The notes: generated by a model from the letters alone, not told the origin. DNA of 64,000 nucleotides from Candidatus Bathyarchaeota archaeon (GCA_963806535.1 CAWDYC010000011.1:32001-96000), one strand, 5' to 3'; counted from the first letter of the stretch, positions 23,168 through 33,977 are shown. Numbers and translations: made by a program.

Positions 23168-23318
23168 ATTTCAAAACCAAACTTTTTGACAATGTTGTTT
23201 GCCGGTTTTGACTTCTAGCTCCTTAATCACCGAATACTCCAATATAAGTCCAACCTAAAAAACTCGCCTAGTTCAGGGGAACACAGTATTTATAGTGAAA
23301 AGACAACTATTATGTTGT

Positions 23319-24219
23319 GTGTCAAGCGCTGAAGTAGCAGTTAAAGTGTTTCGGGAAATAGAAGGAGAAGATTTCAGGGTACTCAATATTATCGAGTCTG
23401 CAATGAGCAAACGCGAATATGTTCCTATAGAACAAATACAAAAATACGCTAAACTGCCCATGGATCGCATTCAATTTACTTTAAGCAAACTACACAAACT
23501 CGGCTTAATTTACCGAACAAAAGGCGCATATGTGGGATACACCTTAAACTATGCAGGATACGATTGCCTAGCAATAAATACTCTTAGTTAAAGCTGGAGT
23601 TATCGATTCTTTTGGGCAAATTCTTGGTGTCGGCAAAGAAGCAGACGTTTACGACGCATTAAACGCTGAGGGCAAACGCATTGCGGTTAAATTTCATAGG
23701 CTAGGCAGAATAAGCTTTAGGCAAACCAGAAGAAAAAGAGGTTACGCTCGAGAACACTCTACTTGGCTGTTTCAATCACATATTGCAGCAGAGAGAGAAT
23801 TTCAAGCAATGCAGCTTGTTTATAAAAACGGCGTTTCAGTTCCAGAACCCATAAGCCACAATAGGCATGTAATAGCTATGGGAATGATTGAAGGTGCCGA
23901 ACTGTCAAAGTACAGTGAAATAGGGAAACCTGAAAAAATCATGAAAGAAATCCTGCGTAACGTAAGGAAAGCTTACTTGAAAGCTCACGTTATACACTCA
24001 GACCTGAGTGAATACAACGTTATTTTGAGACCTGATGGGCATATCCTCATCATTGATTGGCCTCAATATGTGATGACTGATCATGCAAACGCAGAGGAAC
24101 TGCTTGAGCGAGACATAAAGAACATTACGACATTTTTCAGCCGCAGGTTTAACTTAAAAGTAGCGATTAAGGAAGCCTGCGATTATGTGACTGGAAAGGT
24201 TAGAAATTTAGTTATTTAA
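23319..24219 (+). CDS. rio2: RIO2 serine/threonine kinase, frameshifted near 23588
   Basis: GYD.LA, GVGKEADVY, KFHRLGRISFR, IHSDLSEYNV, IIDWPQ. Confidence 0.93.
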
Positions 24220-24461
24220 TGTTTGTTTGCGTCAAGCACTATGTAGAGAATGTTGTTTCCGCGGAGCAGTACGTTGCCGTAGTTTGTCATTAATTGGTCG
24301 TCTTTTAATTCGTTGGCTCCTTCAAGAAGAATATTCATGTGTCCGTCGCACTTGATCATTTTTCCTTTATATTCGTAACCGTTTTTTAAAACAACTTCAA
24401 TATTTCCGTGCAACTGTTTTATGAGAACGTTTAACGGTTTTTTACTTGGTTCCATCATCAT
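24216..24461 (-). CDS. Sm-like (Lsm/SmAP) RNA-binding protein
   Basis: V.LKNG..Y.G....D.HMN..L..A.E...G..LLRG.NI. Confidence 0.92.
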   Translation of the reverse strand: MMMEPSKKPLNVLIKQLHGNIEVVLKNGYEYKGKMIKCDGHMNILLEGANELKDDQLMTNYGNVLLRGNNILYIVLDANKH

Positions 24462-24696
24462 ATCTTATTACCGCGTCTAGTATATTGCTGTATTATCCAT
24501 GAACGCCTCACCAAATATAAAAGCATTATGAAAGACTTGCTTGCAAGAAAGTTGAATCAAGAATGGGATTTTGTTTTGAAGCGAACAAAAAAGCAAAATA
24601 TATATTAAATTTTTAAAACGGGAAAATAGTATTTTCAAGTCCAAATCAAGAGAAGAAAAAATAGGCTTTTTAAGTTGAAGTTTCAGTAATTGATTC

Positions 24697-24948
24697 TCAT
24701 ATTTTGGCTATTATCGATACGAGTGCCACAACGAGGAAAGCTATTCCGGTCCATAACAGGTCGCCTGTGAGGAAATACACTATGGCGGCAACAATGATTG
24801 CGGGGATCAGAACCAAGAACAGCTTTATCAGAACTATTATTATCAGACCGATTATGACAAGTATGATGAGTAAAGGTATGTCCAGCGAACCGAGATGTAA
24901 GCTGCTGAGAATGGAATAGATTATTGCTAAAAACATTGCAGAATTCAT
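24697..24948 (-). CDS. Small hydrophobic membrane protein
   Basis: Three hydrophobic segments. Confidence 0.6.
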   Translation of the reverse strand: MNSAMFLAIIYSILSSLHLGSLDIPLLIILVIIGLIIIVLIKLFLVLIPAIIVAAIVYFLTGDLLWTGIAFLVVALVSIIAKI

Positions 24949-25017
24949 GAGTTAACCTCAAGAAAAGTGTGTAGCAACCAAGTAATATTCTTTTTCTTTG
25001 GAGCCTGTTGCGTTAGC

Positions 25018-25529
25018 TCAGGTTTTCATTTTTGATTTGATTTTGGGGATGATTTCTTTCTGGGTTTGAGCAACACCCATGGTTGTTATGCAAAACTTTT
25101 CGTCAGAGGTTTTTCTGAACCAACCCGTTTTTTGTTAGTTCCCCTAAACGTGTGCCAGTTATTTTGCTGCTTTTTCCAAGTTTCAATTGCAACTCATCCT
25201 TTGATAAAAGCGTCGCTGACTATTATGCCGAGTTTATACCCAAGATAATAGGTGGTCAGCCAAAGCGACAAGGCTTCATTGTCAGTTAATTTGTTTTTAG
25301 GCACGAGCAAACTTGCGCCGTCACTTGAAAAAACCGCTATTCCCTCTATGTCTTTAGCAAGCTGCTGAACGTCAATGCTGAGCCAAAGTTTCTGGGCAAT
25401 TTCAAAAGAAGGAATAAAATCTTTGAAAAACTGGTTAATCAGAAGCCCATGCTTCTTGAGGTTCGGCGGAAAACTGCTGTTCAAGCTCTTTATATTTGAG
25501 GTGGACTTGAATTTTTTCTTGTTTTTCAC
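25018..25529 (-). CDS. Hypothetical winged-helix protein (paralog of 25530..26000), frameshifted
   Basis: After a shift near 25200 it reads ELQLKLGKS..ITGTRLGELTKNGLV..FCITTMG to TGA at 25018. Confidence 0.6.
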
Positions 25530-26000
25530 TCAACTCATTTTGCCTCTAAGCTTGGTGAGCACTTCATCTTCAACCCATTTCTCACCTTGAATTGTAAGCT
25601 TAAACTCCGGCTTGCTTGGATCAGGTTTGAACACTTGTCCCCGTTTAGTCATCTCATTTAGTCGAGCAGGAACCATGCTTTTTATTCCACTGTTTTCAAG
25701 CAGTTTCTGAATTTGTGATGCAGTGTTTTTTCGTTCTTCAGAAGCGTAAAGAACCAAGCCTACTGCTTCGTAATGCGTTAAATTTTCACGTGTAACAATA
25801 ACTGGACCTTCGGTTGTAGGTTCAACGATACCCTTTAACTGAGCTCCTGACGGCGTTAGCTTATCTGAGACAAAATCAGATAGTTTCTCAACAAAATTTT
25901 CAGGAATCATCCCAAGCATGTCAAGAATTTCTTGGGGATTTTCGCCTTCTATAACCACTTCTCCGAAAGGAGTTTTAATATGTGCTTCAATGCGTTTCAA
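25530..26000 (-). CDS. Hypothetical protein with C-terminal winged helix
   Basis: ARLNEMTKRGQV....FKLTIQG wing motif. Confidence 0.7.
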   Translation of the reverse strand: MKRIEAHIKTPFGEVVIEGENPQEILDMLGMIPENFVEKLSDFVSDKLTPSGAQLKGIVEPTTEGPVIVTRENLTHYEAVGLVLYASEERKNTASQIQKLLENSGIKSMVPARLNEMTKRGQVFKPDPSKPEFKLTIQGEKWVEDEVLTKLRGKMS

Positions 26001-26103
26001 TAAGTATGCCTCGTTTAACTATAAGCTATGTTAAGCCTTTTTAGGATTTGCGGCTAAAACAAATAGGAGAGTTGATGTGACAGTTGTCTGGTTTTTTTCT
26101 TCG

Positions 26104-26280
26104 ACCCCTATATAGAGGGGGTATCATGGGTGAACATGCTTTCATGATCCGGGGTCTCTAATTTTCAATGAAATTCAATTGATAATTGATTTTTCTCATT
26201 AACAAATCTCAAGGCTTCAACATATGTCAACATACTTTCATGAACTGGGGGGCTACTCATGTAGTGTTTTCAATGAAAAT
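26104..26280. promoter_or_regulatory. Intergenic cluster of direct and inverted repeats with G-strings (ORB-like or operator region)
   Basis: AACAT(G/A)CTTTCATGA(T/A)C(C/T)GGGG at 26133 and 26229, each followed by TTTTCAATGAAA (26162, 26267); AT-rich spacer; ACCCCTATATAGAGGGGGT at 26104. Confidence 0.4.
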
Positions 26281-26354
26281 TGTTTAATCTAGATTATCAT
26301 TTGCTACTCCTATAGACTTCTATTGCTCAGAGCTGTTTTTGAAAGAGAATTGAC

Positions 26355-28250
26355 TTATTTGAGTCGTTCTTGCAGAAGTTTTGCAACTAATTCAGGATTA
26401 GCTTTTCCCCTCACTTCCTTCATTACGGCACCCATAAGCATTCCATATGCGTTTTTGCCTAACTTTTCAATCTGTTGCTTGTTAGCGGCAATTACACGCT
26501 CAATAATAGGCGTTAAATCGTTTTCAGTAAACATTTTCAAACCCAAAGCATTTACGGCATCTTGCACAATTTTTCCTTCGTTCTTGGATAGCCAACTGAA
26601 AACTTCTGCTATCGCTTCTTTAGCGAGTTCTCCTGAGCCGACTGCTTTGAAGATACTTCTAATTTGGTCTTCGCTAACATTTTCGATTTGGATGCCTTCG
26701 CGTTTCAGTGCTTTCACAGTTTCAGTTAAAAACGCTGCTACGATAGAAGCTTGTACGTCAGTGTGCTTCACAATTTCTTCAAAGAGAAGGTTATATTCTG
26801 AATCTGGAAGTTGCTTAGCTAACTTCTCATTCAGTCCGTACTGCTTAATCAATCGTGCAACTTTTTTTTCGGCAGGTTCAGGTAAATTGCATCGAATTTT
26901 TTCTGCAAATTCATCTGTTATTGGTGTTGGTGGAATGTCAGTTTCAGGGTACATTCTGGCTGCCCCTGGTCTTGGGCGCATGTACCTCGTTGTGCCATCA
27001 TCTTTTGCAGTGCGTGTTTCAGCCGGGATACCCGTTATTGTTTCTTGTGCACGCTCTACTACGGCTTTAAGGGCGTCGAAAACATTTTCAGTTGTGTCAG
27101 CAACAAATACAACCGCGTCATCTTCGGCTGCATTAACTGCTTTTCTTAAAGCATCGATTTCCTCGGGAGTTATGCCGTAATTTGGCATTTCATCTGTGTG
27201 GAATATTCCTCCGACTCTGCCCCAGAACTTTGCTCTATCCGAAAGTTCAGTTCCAACACGGAAATCAGGCATAAGCTCACGCTTTAATAGCCCACAAAAC
27301 TTTGACAATTTGACGGCCAAAACCTTCTGGTTTTTGTCCAATGCTTTGCGGATAACTTTACTTTTTGTTTCCTTAAAAATGCTTGAAACCTCTACGAAAT
27401 CTTGCTTGAGGTCTTCGACCTTGACACCACGTTTCGCAAGTTCCTCTTTGACGCTGATTAACCCAAGTTGCCTCTGTACCTCGTATTCAACGACCTTAGA
27501 AATCAACTCAAGCTCCTGAACACCTTTAATTTCAATTAACGCGCCATTTGGCAAAGACACGTTCAAATCCTGTCTTATTGTGCCTAAACCACGCATCACT
27601 TTGCCTGTGTCACGTAGAATTCTGCCTATAGCAAAGGCAACCTCTTGAGCTTCCATTGGCGAGTAGATTACTGGCGCAGTTGCAACTTCAATTAGCGGTA
27701 TTCCCAAACGGTCAATGCGGTAGCGAATTGTTTTGCCCGCGTCTTGTGTTCCCGTCTTCCGCGCTGCATCCTCTTCTAAACTTGCTGCTTGCATAGGAAT
27801 GGTTTTTCCTCCAACCTTAATCCAACCGTCCAATGCGATAATGCATGTGCGCTGGAAGCCAGTGGTGTTCGAGCCATCAATCACGGTTTTGCGCATTACA
27901 TGAACTTCATCAACAGGCTGCATATTCATCATTAAGGAAGCTGTTAAAACCACTTCTACAGCATCGAAGTTTATGGGATGCGGTGGCTCTTCATCCATCT
28001 CAACAAGACAAGAACTTGCCTTGTTAGCTTCATATAGGATTCTTACACCTTTTTGGAATTCAAAATACGCGGCTGGATCAACTTGGCCAAGCTCACTCTG
28101 AGTTGGGCGAAGTCTGCGCAGAAAAGTGATTTCTGGTTCTTCTTTAAAGAGTTCAGGTGGGCAACTGCAGAAGAGTTTTGAATTAACGTTTAGCTGTTGG
28201 TGGATTTCTAAGCCGACTTTTAAACCTATTTTTGCGTAATCAATTGCCAC
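26355..28250 (-). CDS. gatE: Glu-tRNA(Gln) amidotransferase subunit E
   Basis: GLEIHQQL, RKTVIDGSNTTGFQRT, DRLGIPLIE, RGLGTIRQD, RPRPGAARMYPETD. Confidence 0.97.
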   Translation of the reverse strand: MAIDYAKIGLKVGLEIHQQLNVNSKLFCSCPPELFKEEPEITFLRRLRPTQSELGQVDPAAYFEFQKGVRILYEANKASSCLVEMDEEPPHPINFDAVEVVLTASLMMNMQPVDEVHVMRKTVIDGSNTTGFQRTCIIALDGWIKVGGKTIPMQAASLEEDAARKTGTQDAGKTIRYRIDRLGIPLIEVATAPVIYSPMEAQEVAFAIGRILRDTGKVMRGLGTIRQDLNVSLPNGALIEIKGVQELELISKVVEYEVQRQLGLISVKEELAKRGVKVEDLKQDFVEVSSIFKETKSKVIRKALDKNQKVLAVKLSKFCGLLKRELMPDFRVGTELSDRAKFWGRVGGIFHTDEMPNYGITPEEIDALRKAVNAAEDDAVVFVADTTENVFDALKAVVERAQETITGIPAETRTAKDDGTTRYMRPRPGAARMYPETDIPPTPITDEFAEKIRCNLPEPAEKKVARLIKQYGLNEKLAKQLPDSEYNLLFEEIVKHTDVQASIVAAFLTETVKALKREGIQIENVSEDQIRSIFKAVGSGELAKEAIAEVFSWLSKNEGKIVQDAVNALGLKMFTENDLTPIIERVIAANKQQIEKLGKNAYGMLMGAVMKEVRGKANPELVAKLLQERLK

Positions 28251-29598
28251 TTTTTTCTCCTCCTTCAAAAATGCGTTCTTGCGGTAATGTTCTCGGCGAG
28301 AATTCACCTGCTATATTAGTTTTGAAGAGTTTGGTTGCTTCTTGGATGTTGTTGGTTTGTCCGAGAACCCACATGAGTTTAACAAGGGCTGTTTCAGGGA
28401 ACATGTCCTCGGAAGGGATTACACCAAAGGATAAAAGGTCTCTGCCCGTATCATACACGTTCATGTTTACTCTTCCCCAAATACACTGAGACGCCAGAGC
28501 AACCATAACATCTTTCTCCACGGCTTTTTTGATACTGTCAAAGCAGAATTTGCTTACATGGCCCAGACCTGAGCCCTCAAGCAGGATACCCTTAACGCCT
28601 TGGTTGACATACCAATCAATTATGGCTGGGTCAAAGCCTGGATAGAATTTGATTAAGGCAACTTTTTCGCTAAAATTAGGTTTGAGGACCACTTTTTTTG
28701 ATGGATCGCGTTTCTGATATTTATTGGTTAGCATAGTTACTTGGTTGTCTTTTACTTTGGCGATTGGGAACCCGTTTATTGATTTGAATGTGTCTCGTCG
28801 GCTGGTGTGGCATTTGCGCACTTTTGTTCCTCTGTGAACAACTATGGCAATGTCTGAGATAGTTTCATGCATTGCTAAGCCGACTTCAGCGAATGGTCCT
28901 TCTCCAGCCGCTTTAACTGCGCCAATAAGGTTGGTTGCTGCGTCGCTGCTGGGGCGATCACTGGAACGTTGAGCGCCGACCACTACTACAGGAACAGGCA
29001 GATTTTGCAGTGCAAAGCTTAGTGCTGCTGATGTATAAGCCATTGTATCTGTGCCATGAGCAATAACCACTCCGTCCACTCCGGCTTCAATTCGCTTGGC
29101 TACTGTTTCTGCAAGTTCTTTCCAATGTTTCTGAGTAATATTTTCGCTGTATAAGCTGAAAACGATTTCAGTATCAACTTTGGCGACGTCTGAAAGTTCA
29201 GGGACGACACCGTATAGGTCGCTTGCAGAAATTGCAGAGCGGACGGCTCCTGTGCGGTAGTCAACTCGACTAGCGATTGTTCCTCCAGTGCTCATTATTA
29301 CGACATGGGGTAAGGTAGGATTCTGTTTTGGTAGAGGCGGAGATGCAAAGGCGGGTTTTGCGCCTTTTCCCACTTTTTCAATTTTGACTTCTGCTGTTAC
29401 ACGGATGCCGATGTTGTAGCCACTTTTCATTTTAACGATAACAACTGTGCCATCGCCTAGTTCTGAGCGGGGAATAAGGATGCCTTCGTAGGTTTTTCCT
29501 TTGCTGGTGACTCGAATAATATCTCCAACATCGCAATCGGCTTTTTTAAGGGCTTCAACAGCTGCGCCCTTGTAATTTGAGTTTTCAAGTTGACTCAT
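28240..29598 (-). CDS. gatD: Glu-tRNA(Gln) amidotransferase subunit D
   Basis: K..SGYNIG, STGGTIAS, HGTDT, QRSSDRPSSD. Confidence 0.97.
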   Translation of the reverse strand: MSQLENSNYKGAAVEALKKADCDVGDIIRVTSKGKTYEGILIPRSELGDGTVVIVKMKSGYNIGIRVTAEVKIEKVGKGAKPAFASPPLPKQNPTLPHVVIMSTGGTIASRVDYRTGAVRSAISASDLYGVVPELSDVAKVDTEIVFSLYSENITQKHWKELAETVAKRIEAGVDGVVIAHGTDTMAYTSAALSFALQNLPVPVVVVGAQRSSDRPSSDAATNLIGAVKAAGEGPFAEVGLAMHETISDIAIVVHRGTKVRKCHTSRRDTFKSINGFPIAKVKDNQVTMLTNKYQKRDPSKKVVLKPNFSEKVALIKFYPGFDPAIIDWYVNQGVKGILLEGSGLGHVSKFCFDSIKKAVEKDVMVALASQCIWGRVNMNVYDTGRDLLSFGVIPSEDMFPETALVKLMWVLGQTNNIQEATKLFKTNIAGEFSPRTLPQERIFEGGEKSGN

Positions 29599-29600
29599 GC

Positions 29601-31195
29601 CTATTTCTCCAGTTTTTTGGAAACGTAAACTCCATCGTGTTCATACCCGAAACGCATGTAATACCTTCTTGTTCCTAACGCACTGATAACTAAAAGCTTT
29701 TTCAAACCAAAATCGTCTCGAGCAACGCGTTCGGCTTCCTTTAGCAAGTCTGCGCCAAAACCCTTATGTTGCCAAGCGCCCGCCGAATGCTTTCCGACAG
29801 GAACAAGTGGACCATAAACATGAAGCTCTCTCACAATCGCTGAAGGTACAGCAGTTATTTCTGGTCTATGAGCTTTTGCTGAAGGAACACGCAAACGCAA
29901 ATACCCAAGCAAGACTTGGTTGACGCGGTCTTCAGCTGAAATGAAAATTTCTTTGCCTTCAGAAGCATCATAACAAATTGATTGGATTTCGACTTTTTCT
30001 AAATCGGGCTTTACATGGTCAATTTGCATTCTATGCCCAACTTCTCTGCATCGGATGCAATTGCATTTTTCTCCTTGCGCTTGAAGGTGGTCGTTGGCAA
30101 GTTGACGTAAGTTGCTTTTTTTAACTCCGGCCAAAATGAGATGCGATGGAATGTCACGTTGAACTCGCATCACTCTTACCCAGGGCGGGATAAACTTTTT
30201 TATTTCCGCTATAACTTCGGAGGCTTGCTCAGTCGTGTAAGGCGTGTAGGTGCCTTTTTGGTACCATTCATTTGCTTTTGTGCCAGCTATGCAAAGGCAA
30301 GGATAAATTTTTATCATATCAGGTTTGAAAGCTGAATCCGTGAAAACCTGTTTGAACGCCTCTATGTCTTTTTTTGTATTTGAACCAGGCATTCCAGGCA
30401 TTAAGTGGTAAACTATTTTTAATCCTGAATCCTTGGCGATTCGTGTTGCTTCTTGCACATCGGCTACGGTATGTGTTCTTCCGACTAAACGGTAGATTTC
30501 GTCGTCTGGGTTTTGGACGCCGAGTTCAATCCGGGTAACTCCCATGTCGAGCATAGAGTCGATGTGGGGTTGTTTTGCCCAGTCTGGGCGCGTCTCAACA
30601 GTGATGCCGACGTTACGGGTTTTACTCATTTCAGCATTCGCTTTGCTTCTTCTAAACTCTGTGAATTCTTGTCGGTAATCGCGTCTAGGCAGCGTTGGAT
30701 AAACCATTTTTGATATTCGACAGGTGTTGCGGGAAAAGTGCCGCCCATAATAATTAGCTCTACCTTGTCTACTTTGTGCCCGATAGCAGTTAGTTGTTCG
30801 ATGCGGCTCTTAACTTGCAGATATGGGTCAAAGTTGTTTTGGCTTCCACGCATCGCTGCTGGTTCATGCCCAGTGTAACTTTGTGGGCTTCCCTGTGTGG
30901 GTCCTCCTGGACAGTAAGCGCATGGTTCAGGTTGAGGGCACGGGTAAGGTTTAGTCATCGTGGCAATAACCGTTACACCCGAAATGGTGCGGGTTGTTTT
31001 TCTTCGAAGGATAGGCAGAAGCCGTTTAGTTTCTTTTGGCGTTAAAAGACATATCAAATCTGCGTTTGACGGTATATCCTCTAGCTGGTATTTGCCCGTT
31101 GTTTTAATTTTGAGTCGATTAGCGTCTTCGCGTGTGGGATTAGGCATTTCCATAAGAGTCGTAATGATTTCTCTTAGAGCTTTTTTATCCGTCAA
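29601..31195 (-). CDS. elp3: Elongator Elp3 radical-SAM/KAT tRNA U34 modifying enzyme, frameshifted near 30640
   Basis: CP...CAYCPGG, QSYTG.EP, MGGTF, ETRPD, ELGVQ, RVQRDIP, RELHVYG, WQHKG.G. Confidence 0.95.
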
Positions 31196-31292
31196 ATTGA
31201 AGATACCAAAATAAGGTCTAGTTAAGTGATAAATAAACTAAACTAACTTTGAAGAGAATTTGTGGCTTGAAAAACAAGTTTTGCCTAGGCGC

Positions 31293-31455
31293 TTACATCC
31301 AGTTTTGCCCGGCTTTTCTCTGCAGAATCACGCGTTTTTCATAGTTGCGTCTGGTTCTGGCTTTTTGGGCTTGGCGCTGTTTTAGGCGTCGCCTGGATCT
31401 TCGGCGTTTGAGACCTTACTTTTCCAGCTTTAGATAAACTACCGTGAGTTGGCAT
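31293..31455 (-). CDS. rps30e: 30S ribosomal protein S30e (eS30); one-base frameshift; absent from the ORF track
   Basis: MPTHGSLSKAGKVRSQTPKI...; after the shift RTRRNYEKRVIL.R..GQNWM-stop. Confidence 0.93.
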
Positions 31456-31648
31456 TTAAATTACCTTGCACATAAAGCATAATTGTCCCACTTAAATCTT
31501 TACCCATTACGAGAAATGTTTTGACAGGTTTTTTGAAAGCTTTGATTAGACTGATAAGGTAGATTGTTGACGGTTTTTTTGTGCAAATTTTTTTGTTTGT
31601 GTTTTAGGTTGCTTTTTTGGATTTAGGCTTTGAAGTGTTTGCAGGTTG

Positions 31649-31728
31649 AGTCAAAAAAAGTCAAGAAAAGTTAAAATAAGTCGAGAAAAGTCAAATAAAG
31701 TCAAAATAAGTTAAAAGAAAGTGAAAAA
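31649..31728 (+). repeat. Tandem array of eight ~10-bp units with consensus AGTCAARAWA
   Basis: Units start at 31649, 31659, 31669, 31679, 31689, 31699, 31709 and 31720. Confidence 0.85.
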
Positions 31729-31732
31729 TATT

Positions 31733-32005
31733 ATGCCTCTAACTGGAAGAGTATCATTCAAAAGGCCCCTTGAAGTATGCAACAAAGTTCAGGTTCCAAA
31801 AATTATTCGGTGGGAGTTCAAGTTGGAACCAGATCAAGTTTTTCGTGTTAGCGTAAGCGGGTTAGGTGGAGGCTGCGAGTTTTTCTATGCAAGAATGGGC
31901 AAGGACGGACGGATATTTATTCCAAAGGCAGTGTTATTCGCAGCGCATGGAAAGACAGAAAATCTAGCAGGGTGCCTCGTGGAAATTTCACTTGAACCAG
32001 CATAA
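31733..32005 (+). CDS. Tandem AbrB/MazE/SpoVT (MraZ-like) DNA-binding protein
   Basis: Two swapped-hairpin motifs: NKVQVPKIIRW and MGKDGRIFIPK. Confidence 0.65.
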   Translation: MPLTGRVSFKRPLEVCNKVQVPKIIRWEFKLEPDQVFRVSVSGLGGGCEFFYARMGKDGRIFIPKAVLFAAHGKTENLAGCLVEISLEPA

Positions 32006-32158
32006 AACATACTCCAACAAATCTCTCCATTCTTACACTCAAATCATTTCAGATTCGTCTGAAAATCATCATATATTTTCAATGATCCCTGCTTCATACA
32101 TATTATATATTCATACTTCGCCAAAGGAAGTTTATCAAGAGTCTAGAGTTGGGACTGC

Positions 32159-33604
32159 ATGGAAAAAACAAGGATTTCTAAATCATTCTTTGAATCAACC
32201 AAAGCAGCGGCATTGGCAATCTGCGCTGTAATATTATTTTCAATAACGATAACTCCACTTTCTGCTCAGCTTAGCCCTGCTAGAGATTTAACTGGAACAT
32301 GGCAAAGCTCAGTTCCTGGCACTTACTACGATATGGATCCCTCTGACTCGAGCACAAGAATGAATGACATAACCGCCACCTTTAAGATGGAAATAACTCA
32401 GCAAGGCAGCCAAATAGACATAATATTAAGTTCAAACCCAATAAGTTGGAAAACAGACAGCGCATACTGGGACACATATCAACTCAATGGCGTTCCCCCA
32501 GCAGGCGGAATGTCAATTGAGCTTACAGGAACAGTTTCAAGTTCAAGCTTTTCGGCTGATGAGCAAGGAAGCCAACTGACCCAAGAACACTTGTCTGGCA
32601 CATTCACTACTGACATTATAACCGCAACCTTGACGGGAACGTCTGAAACAACTGACCAAAATGGAATAGTTGTTATCCGTACAAGCTCACCGACTTCAGC
32701 TCCAACTCAAGCCCCGACTTCTAACCCGACAGCTCAACCAACAAGCCGCTTCTTTGGCAACATTGAAACAGTTAAAGGCCAAGCAAATATCATAGATCCG
32801 AACGGCGGTGAATCGCCCGCAGCATCTGGTCAAAATAGCAAGCGGCAGCTCAAATTCTGACAGGCGACAATTCAATCGTCAGTTTTACTCCTCCCAATCA
32901 GGGCGGAACAGTGTATTTAGGTTCAAACAGTGAGGCTGGATGGGTAGGTCTCACTTCACAGCCTGCACCAGACAATGGAATAGTCTATTCAGTGTATCCT
33001 CCAAGTGTGGCCAAATCTACAAATTGGCGAGAAGGTTTCTGGGACATGGTAATATCGATGCCATTGGAAGCTACAATTGCAGTTGGAATTTTTAGTGAAA
33101 CAATTGGAACTGCGGCTGCTGTTGCTATAGTCGTTGAGGGAGGCGTGTATTTGCTTCATCATGGAAATGCATACATTACGGAAACTGTTTCGCACATGAT
33201 AGATATACCGCAGGGGACGCTTGTTGGTTTAAAAACTGAATATGCCATAAACGTTCTATCTGATGGAACAACCACTGTTCAAGTCTTTAGTGGTCCAGTA
33301 CTATTCATTGACCCGATCACAAATAATACAATAACTGTCGGCACGGATCAGAGTGCTCACACTTCCTTCAACACAACCAAACGGATTTACCACACAGAAT
33401 TTGCAGAATGACATTTCAACGTTCACACCAGGTTCAGTAAATCAATGGTGGACGCAGACATCACAATCATCTTCTGATAGCCTCTTAGATCAACCACTAA
33501 TTGTTGTGGCTTTTATTATTGCAATAGCTTTAGGGATATCTACTGCCGCTGTCACCCTTTCAAAGCGAAGGAAAACTTCACATTCAGTTACAGTCCCAAA
33601 GTAA
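32159..33604 (+). CDS. Exported, C-terminally anchored protein with FecR-like domain, frameshifted
   Basis: Signal peptide, PT linker, VKGQA...ILTGDNS...LGSNS...GT...TE...TTVQVFSG.V; ORFs 32159, 32911 and 33353 join; TM plus KRRK. Confidence 0.6.
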
Positions 33605-33842
33605 TGCCAAGCCATCATTGCCATCGATGTCAGATGGACCAAAGAATCCGATGTATGAAATGGCAGGCCGGAAAAAAAATTCAAGCAACTTTACAGCAAC
33701 ATTTAACCAACACCCTACAACTATTTTATTGCCTTGCCAAAATTGAGCACCCATAACGACGGACTCAACAGAGGTACGCAAGAAACACAAAGCTTGCACC
33801 CATGACGAGCGAGTTCTACCCAATTATGGAACAGGTGAGGCG

Positions 33843-33941
33843 CGGGCGAAAAAAGTCCCAAGCCGAGAGAACTTAGCCAAGCAAAAAGCAACGCTCAGCA
33901 ATGAGGTTAAGTGTTAGGTTACTTGGGCGACAAACAGCCCG
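33843..33941 (+). other. Long imperfect hairpin (~100 nt)
   Basis: CGGGC/GCCCG, GTC-CCAAG/CTTGG-GC-GAC, ACTTAGCC/GGTTAAGT, AGC/GCT nested pairs. Confidence 0.45.
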
Positions 33942-33977
33942 TAAAAGTGGCAAACTATTTTTGGCACTTGAGACTTT

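Noticed and set aside
29601-31455. Programmed frameshifting in elp3 and rps30e
   Set aside because: Similar 1-nt breaks occur in many unrelated genes with no common slippery signal; assembly error is more parsimonious.
31649-31728. CRISPR array
   Set aside because: Units are contiguous 10-mers with no unique spacers; no cas genes in the window.
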